Shown one piece after another: positions 25,379-30,896 of a stretch of DNA of 30,896 nt. The notes below the pieces were generated by a model. It made no database searches and had not been told where the DNA came from. It saw nothing but the letters and a program-made list of their open reading frames with translations. The stretch spans positions 1 to 30,896 of the IMG/VR virus record IMGVR_UViG_3300030372_003367. The stretch is one strand, 5' to 3'. The position numbers and the translations under genes were made by a program. The DNA is from a virus. Its lineage: Duplodnaviria; Caudoviricetes. How positions within the stretch are numbered: the first letter of the stretch is position 1; each line of letters opens with the position of its first letter.

Positions 25379-26149
25379 ATGGATAAAGAAGTAGTTAAAA
25401 AGAATAGTGCAGGTGCACTAGCTAATATCAATCTCAGAGCAGACGCAGGCAAAGGCGCTGAAGAAATAAAATCGGACGATGTATCGACTCCGCTTTTAAA
25501 AATACTTCATCAACTTTCACCTGAATGTAATGAGAGAGATCCTAAACATGTCGATGGGGCAAAACCAGGAATGATCTATGCATCAGGCTTCGGGCAACTC
25601 ATTGACGGTCAAAAAGGTCTTGATGTAGTTATAGCTCACTCTCATACTAGATTCCCAGAATGGCAGGAGAGAGGCGATAGTGCTTCAGCTCCAGTCGGGA
25701 CTCACTTAGAGATTCCAGCAGATGCTGTTGAGGAGAGAAATGGGAGATATAGATTACCGAATGGTAACTATGTTGAGAAGACCGCATACTTTTATGTACT
25801 AGCAATGGTAGGTAATGAGTTAAAACCTGCGGTTATTCCAATGAGATCATCCAATCTCTCGCCAGCGAGAGAACTTAATAATCTGATTAAGAATCTTAGA
25901 TTCTCAGATGCTGATGGTTCTTTCAATCCAGCTGCATATTCAGCTGTCTACAATTTAAAGACGGTTGGTAAAACAGCGGGAAGTAAAAGTTGGCATGTCT
26001 ACAAACCATCAAGAGTTAGAAATCTTGATGTAGCTAAGAATGACGATGCTGAGATATACGAAGTTGCAGCGCAACTTAAGGCAAGCGTTTCGAAAGGAGC
26101 GGCTAAACCTCAGTACGACAAACCTAAAGCTAAACAGGACATAGTATAA
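25379..26149 (+). CDS. putative single-stranded DNA-binding protein
   Basis: Lies just before the primase; aromatic-containing beta-rich body; strong SD and followed by hairpins. The function is inferred from context. Confidence 0.55.
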   Translation: MDKEVVKKNSAGALANINLRADAGKGAEEIKSDDVSTPLLKILHQLSPECNERDPKHVDGAKPGMIYASGFGQLIDGQKGLDVVIAHSHTRFPEWQERGDSASAPVGTHLEIPADAVEERNGRYRLPNGNYVEKTAYFYVLAMVGNELKPAVIPMRSSNLSPARELNNLIKNLRFSDADGSFNPAAYSAVYNLKTVGKTAGSKSWHVYKPSRVRNLDVAKNDDAEIYEVAAQLKASVSKGAAKPQYDKPKAKQDIV

Positions 26150-26150
26150 T

Positions 26151-26205
26151 TTCCGCGCAAGGAAAGGTTGCAACAGGGGCGCTGAAGCGAGAGTAGAGGC
26201 GCCCT
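26151..26205 (+). promoter_or_regulatory. GC-rich hairpins between SSB and primase (attenuator/operator)
   Basis: TTCC-GCGCAA-GGAA (26151-26164) and GGGCGCT-GAA-GC-GAGA-GT-AGA-GGCGCCC (26177-26204). Confidence 0.5.
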
Positions 26206-26214
26206 ACTTAATTT

Positions 26215-27843
26215 ATGAAAGAATTTGGAAAATATTTTAATGGTCTAGAAAGAGATTATGGATTTTGTAATGTGGAAAACGGCTACATAGAACCAGAAAG
26301 TGGCAAATTAAAATTTGATCCTGGTGATTATGGTTGGTCTAAACGCGCTATTACACAAGCAGATTACGATGCACATTTAAATGGTAATAAAGCGATTGGA
26401 ATTCAACCATGTGATGACAATGCGCAAGCAAGCTTTGGCGCCATTGATATAGATCCTAAAGATTATAAAACTTTTAATCTACAAAAATATTTAAAAATTA
26501 TTGAAGAAAAAGATTTACCTGTAATTCCCATAGAATCTAAAAGTGGGGGACTTCACATATACGTTTTTACAAAAGAAAAAGTATCATCAACTTTAATTAG
26601 AGAATTTCTATCTAACTTATTATTTTTATTTAAACTTCCACACAACACAGAAATATTTCCTAAACAGACTCACTTAGGTACTAATCAAAATAATGAAAAA
26701 ACATCTGGTAGTTTTATTAATCTACCTTATTACAAACGTTCAGAAAGAAAAGCTTATAAACCAGATGGTACTAAAATGGAACTAGAGGAATTTTTAAAAG
26801 TAGTCAGTTTAAATCTTCAAACTAAAGATTCCCTAAAAGAAATAGGTAATAAAAAAATTAATGAAATTATAACTGGTGGACCAGAAGAATTTAATGATGG
26901 TCCACCATGTCTACAAATGATTTGTAAAGAAATAGATGACAACGGTAAAAAACTTAAAGATGAAAGAGATCGATTCTTATACAATTACATGGTCTTTGCT
27001 AAAAAGAAATTTGCTGAAGTGTGGGAAAAGAAAGTATTAGAAGCGGCTAGAAATTATATACAGTATGATGATGTATGGGGTGATGAAAAAGTAAAAGAAA
27101 AAATTAAATACTGGAAGAATGAAACTAAAGGATTTAAATGTAGCGACTTACCAATCTCTGCTTACTGTGCAAAGGGAACTTGTTTAAAAAGAAAATTTGG
27201 AATTGGTAGTCATAGAAGCACAACATGGCCAGAGTTAAGCGGATTAATTAGAATAAATTATAAACCAGAACCAGAATTTATGGTTGATGTAAATTTAGAA
27301 AGCGGTAAAGTAAAACAAGTGCATGCAAGAAATATAAAAAAGATTGCAGAGATGAAAGAAATGAGAGCATTGATTGCCGAGCAAACTTCAATCTTTCCTC
27401 CAATTATAAAGAACGCTGAATATCAAGTTATCTTAGATGGACTGTGGGCTAACATGGACAACTTAAAACCTGTAGCTGGAACTAACCCAACTGACATGCT
27501 TAAAAAATATATTATTGATTATGTCAACGGGCCTCAAGCAACAACCTTTGCTGCATTTAAAAGTGGAGCTGTTCTAAAAGACGAAGAGTTTTATTATTTT
27601 GATTATGATAAATTCTACGAAGAAATAAGAAGAAATGAATGGAACAAAGACAGGTCAAGAACAGGTACGATGATTAAACAATATTTTAAAGGAGACTTTG
27701 ATTGTCAAAAAAGATTTCCTAAAAAAGAAAATAAAGAATCATTTCCACCATTAAGAGTTTTAAAGCTGCCGATTGCAGATTTAGAAAAAGAAGAAATACC
27801 AGATGAAAAAATAATAATAGAAGACAAGGAGCAAATAGTATGA
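26215..27843 (+). CDS. archaeo-eukaryotic-type primase (AEP/PrimPol) with Cys-containing C-terminal region
   Basis: FGAIDID (motif I DxD), SKSGGLHIY (motif II), EIFPKQ...GSFINLPY; PPC and C-x8-C-x4-C cluster. Confidence 0.82.
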   Translation: MKEFGKYFNGLERDYGFCNVENGYIEPESGKLKFDPGDYGWSKRAITQADYDAHLNGNKAIGIQPCDDNAQASFGAIDIDPKDYKTFNLQKYLKIIEEKDLPVIPIESKSGGLHIYVFTKEKVSSTLIREFLSNLLFLFKLPHNTEIFPKQTHLGTNQNNEKTSGSFINLPYYKRSERKAYKPDGTKMELEEFLKVVSLNLQTKDSLKEIGNKKINEIITGGPEEFNDGPPCLQMICKEIDDNGKKLKDERDRFLYNYMVFAKKKFAEVWEKKVLEAARNYIQYDDVWGDEKVKEKIKYWKNETKGFKCSDLPISAYCAKGTCLKRKFGIGSHRSTTWPELSGLIRINYKPEPEFMVDVNLESGKVKQVHARNIKKIAEMKEMRALIAEQTSIFPPIIKNAEYQVILDGLWANMDNLKPVAGTNPTDMLKKYIIDYVNGPQATTFAAFKSGAVLKDEEFYYFDYDKFYEEIRRNEWNKDRSRTGTMIKQYFKGDFDCQKRFPKKENKESFPPLRVLKLPIADLEKEEIPDEKIIIEDKEQIV

Positions 27844-28544
27844 CGACACCAGTACCAAGTGTATCAGTATGCATGCCTGCATATGATACCATGCAAGTGG
27901 CAACATGTTTATCTTTAGTTAAACTAATGGATAAATTTACAGTCGCTAAAATTAAATCAACCTTAAATACTTTTAAATGTCCGTATGTAGGATACGGCAG
28001 AAATGTATTGACGGCAATGTTTTTAGAGTCAGGGATGGACTATCAATTATTCGTTGACGCTGATATGGAGTTCGAACCAGATGTGGTTGGAAGAATGATT
28101 GTAGCACAAAAAGATGTAATCTGTGTTCCATATAGGAAAAAAACTCAAGACCAATCAGTAACATTTTCTGTAGAATTTGAAGACCATCAGAATATAAATG
28201 TTGATAACAAAGGACTTGTTGAATTAAATAAAGGACCTGCGGGGCTTACGCTAATTCACAGAAGAGTTTATGAAAGATTAATGAAAGATCTTCCACATTT
28301 AAAAATAAAACAAAAAGAAATAATATCTCATGAAGCAAATAATTATTTTTATAACTTCTGGGACACAACATTTGATAAAGATGGAATGTGGTGGGGTGAA
28401 GACGTGCATTTCTGTAATTTAATTAAAGGAGCAGGATTTAAATTATATGGAGTAGCAGACGGAGAGACAACCCACATTGGTAACTTTGGATGGAGGGGTA
28501 AATTAGTAGATTCATTTAAAAGGGCCAATGGAAAAGATTCATAA
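27840..28544 (+). CDS. glycosyltransferase, GT-A fold (GT2-like), paralogue of 14433-15326
   Basis: VCMPAY, GRN, LFVDADMEF (DxD), AGLTLI, WGEDVHFC and HIG motifs. Confidence 0.8.
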   Translation: MTTPVPSVSVCMPAYDTMQVATCLSLVKLMDKFTVAKIKSTLNTFKCPYVGYGRNVLTAMFLESGMDYQLFVDADMEFEPDVVGRMIVAQKDVICVPYRKKTQDQSVTFSVEFEDHQNINVDNKGLVELNKGPAGLTLIHRRVYERLMKDLPHLKIKQKEIISHEANNYFYNFWDTTFDKDGMWWGEDVHFCNLIKGAGFKLYGVADGETTHIGNFGWRGKLVDSFKRANGKDS

Positions 28545-29961
28545 GATTTACGGTCCACCAGGTACAGGAAAAACTTTTAGACTTCTTAAAAGAGTTAAAG
28601 CTTACATTAGAACTGGAACACCTTATCATAAGATAGGTTACTTTGCGTTTACAAAGAAAGCTGCGGGGGAAGCACGAAACAGAATAGGTGTGTCAGAGAA
28701 AAAAGTACCATACTTTCAAACTCTACATGCCTTCTGTTTTCATTTACTTGGACTTACTGAAGAACAAGTTATGCAGCCCTATCATTACGAAGAGCTGGGA
28801 AAAAAATTAAATATTCGTGTAAACTTTTCTGATAAATATAATGAAGAAGAAACTCATTTTCTTACATGCGATAATCCCTACTTCCAATTAATTGGAAGAG
28901 CTATTAATAGAGGAACAACTATACGAGAAGAGTTTGATAGAAATGAACACGATAAAAAAGAAATAGACTGGGACATACTTAAACACATAGCCATTAATTT
29001 AAAAGAGTTTAAAGAAAAGAATCATGTATTAGATTTTAATGACATGATTGAAATGATTTTAGATTTACCTGCAGAGAAGATGCCTTCATTCAAAGCTGTC
29101 TTTATTGATGAAGCACAAGATCTTTCACCACTTCAATGGAGACTGTATGATAAATTAAAAAATCATTGTGATCATATATATTTAGCGGGTGATGACGATC
29201 AAGCTATTTTTGCTTGGGCTGGCGCTGATGTAAATAGATTTATAAATGAGCCTGCAAAGGAACGAGTACTTAGATACTCGCGTAGAATCTCAAGAGCCGT
29301 GCAACAGGAATCACAAGTACCAGTGAATCGTATAGCAGGCATCAGGAAACATAAACAATATTTACCTAGAGCGCAAGAAGGTCTTGCGTCTACTATTAGT
29401 AATTTAGGACAAATTGATTTAACGAAAGGTAAATGGTTAATACTAACTCGAACTAAAAGTAATCTCTTGGAAATTATGAAAGAATTAAAAAAGAAAAATT
29501 TATATTACCAAAGTAATAAAGGAAAAAGTTTTAAGGTAGGTTTACACAATGCCGCAGTGGCTTATACTAAATGGACTATCGAAGGAACTTTAGAACCCAA
29601 AGAAATTAATGAAGTTAGAGAATATATACCCAGTGGAAAATGGGACGCAAAAATTCCATGGCATGACATTTTTGTAGCGGACCAAAAAGAAATTTTATAT
29701 TTGAGAAATTTATTAAGCACAGATGAAAAGTTAAATGAACGAGCTCGAATTTGGTTGTCTACTATTCATGCAGCTAAAGGAGGTGAAGAAGACAATGTAA
29801 TCTTATCCTTACATCAAGGTAGTAAAGTTCAAAAAGGAATTAGATTAAGTGTTGACAAACAAGATGAGGAGAATAGAGTGTGGTATGTTGGCATCACGAG
29901 AGCAAGAAATAATTTATTTAAACTAAAAGCAAAAAAGAAAATAAAGGAGTATCAACTATGA
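28528..29961 (+). CDS. UvrD/Rep-like SF1 DNA helicase
   Basis: GPPGTGKT, FTKKAA, TLHA, IDEAQD, GDDDQAIF, STIHAAKGGE and YVGITRAR motifs. Confidence 0.95.
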   Translation: MEKIHKIYGPPGTGKTFRLLKRVKAYIRTGTPYHKIGYFAFTKKAAGEARNRIGVSEKKVPYFQTLHAFCFHLLGLTEEQVMQPYHYEELGKKLNIRVNFSDKYNEEETHFLTCDNPYFQLIGRAINRGTTIREEFDRNEHDKKEIDWDILKHIAINLKEFKEKNHVLDFNDMIEMILDLPAEKMPSFKAVFIDEAQDLSPLQWRLYDKLKNHCDHIYLAGDDDQAIFAWAGADVNRFINEPAKERVLRYSRRISRAVQQESQVPVNRIAGIRKHKQYLPRAQEGLASTISNLGQIDLTKGKWLILTRTKSNLLEIMKELKKKNLYYQSNKGKSFKVGLHNAAVAYTKWTIEGTLEPKEINEVREYIPSGKWDAKIPWHDIFVADQKEILYLRNLLSTDEKLNERARIWLSTIHAAKGGEEDNVILSLHQGSKVQKGIRLSVDKQDEENRVWYVGITRARNNLFKLKAKKKIKEYQL

Positions 29962-30197
29962 CAAATAAAAATATATTTGATGACGCATTTCCGCAGGATA
30001 GGCAAGTGGGAGGAAGTCATTATAAAAAATTTGCTATTCAACCTTATGAATTTATTTCAAAAAACAATCTAAGTTTCTTTCAAGGCAACGTTGTAAAATA
30101 TGTTTGCCGGTATTTATTTAAAAATAAAATAGAGGATTTAGAAAAAATAATTCACTACTGTGAATTAGAAATTAAAAAAATGAAAGATACTAAATGA
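29958..30197 (+). CDS. DUF3310 family protein (T7 gp1.7 nucleotide kinase-like)
   Basis: QVGGSHY...GNVVKYVCRY...EDLEKIIHY signature. Confidence 0.85.
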   Translation: MTNKNIFDDAFPQDRQVGGSHYKKFAIQPYEFISKNNLSFFQGNVVKYVCRYLFKNKIEDLEKIIHYCELEIKKMKDTK

Positions 30198-30895
30198 TAC
30201 TTCCACAAACAGAATGGGTACAGAAAACAGAATACCCTGATCTAAGAGATTATGATGAAATTGCAATTGACTTAGAAACAAGAGATCCAGGTTTAAAAAA
30301 GAAAGGATCCGGAGCGGTGATTGGCAATGGTGAAGTTGTAGGTATTGCGGTCGCTACATATAATGACAAATGGTATTTTCCCATAGCTCATAAAGAAGGT
30401 CCTAACATGGACAGGGTTAAAACTTTAGAATGGTTTAAGGATATTTGCGCATGCCCTGCTACAAAAATCTTTCACAACGCCATGTATGACGTTTGCTGGA
30501 TACGTAATTTAGGTATAAAAATCAATGGTTTAATTGTTGATACTATGATTGCTTCATCTCTTTTAGATGAAAACAGATTTTCATATACTCTTAATACTTT
30601 GTCATGGCATTTTTTAAACGAAGGCAAAAGTGAAAAAGCTTTAACTGAAGCGGCAAAGGCAAGAGGACTAGATGCTAAAGCAGATATGTGGCAGTTACCT
30701 GCCCACGAAGTAGGAGCTTATGCTGAGAAAGATGCAGAGTTAACTTTTAAACTTTGGCAGCATGTAAAAAAATTAATGTTGGAACAAGACATAGAAGAGA
30801 TTTTTAATTTGGAGACTGATCTTTTTCCTTGTTTAGTCGACATGCGTTTTTTAGGTGTTCGAGTAGATACGCAAGGAGCATATGAATTAAAGAAA
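30194..30895 (+). CDS. DNA polymerase family A, N-terminal 3'-5' exonuclease domain (partial, runs off window; not in ORF track)
   Basis: ATG 30194 (ATGA overlap) opens MILPQTEW...; ExoI AIDLETRD, ExoII FHNAMYD, DTMIA, ExoIII YAEKDA, then DMRFLGVRVD. Confidence 0.93.
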   Translation, partial: MILPQTEWVQKTEYPDLRDYDEIAIDLETRDPGLKKKGSGAVIGNGEVVGIAVATYNDKWYFPIAHKEGPNMDRVKTLEWFKDICACPATKIFHNAMYDVCWIRNLGIKINGLIVDTMIASSLLDENRFSYTLNTLSWHFLNEGKSEKALTEAAKARGLDAKADMWQLPAHEVGAYAEKDAELTFKLWQHVKKLMLEQDIEEIFNLETDLFPCLVDMRFLGVRVDTQGAYELKK

Positions 30896-30896
30896 A

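Noticed and set aside
23171-28558. Short ORFs 23171-23353, 24985-25167, 27973-28164 and 28349-28558
   Set aside because: Antisense to motif-bearing genes, with no independent support.
1-30896. CRISPR array, tRNA, integrase/att site, DGR, intron or intein
   Set aside because: By eye, no regularly spaced repeats, cloverleaf, recombinase, reverse transcriptase or splicing motifs were seen. tRNAscan-SE and Infernal were not run.

Overview
This AT-rich 30.9 kb window is part of a tailed dsDNA bacteriophage genome with podovirus-like organisation. It resembles marine SAR11 phages (HTVC023P/vSAG 37-F6-like); that assignment comes from gene content and order, not a database search. The order is: the 3' end of a small gene and a structured leader (1-206); head-completion/tail structural genes ending in a tail-collar fibre (207-6829); an opposite-strand accessory cassette with a split NodU/CmcH carbamoyltransferase and two 2OG-Fe(II) oxygenases (6826-9492); a P22 gp10-like tail/DNA-stabilisation gene and small virion genes (9537-13028); a metallohydrolase-like gene and two glycosyltransferases (13006-15326); four putative internal/ejection proteins (15382-22680); an opposite-strand SNF2 helicase; and a replication module. 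That module holds a putative SSB, an AEP primase, a third glycosyltransferase, a UvrD-like helicase, DUF3310 and a family A DNA polymerase that runs off the end and is missing from the ORF track. The best leads are a double-pseudoknot 5' leader that starts at a predicted +1 and pairs with the Shine-Dalgarno, a dispersed hydroxylase/carbamoyltransferase/glycosyltransferase modification toolkit, two promoters whose -35 box lies inside a palindrome, and a repeated [FYM]AxGG motif that divides an internal virion protein into modules. No tRNA, CRISPR array, integrase or transposase was seen.
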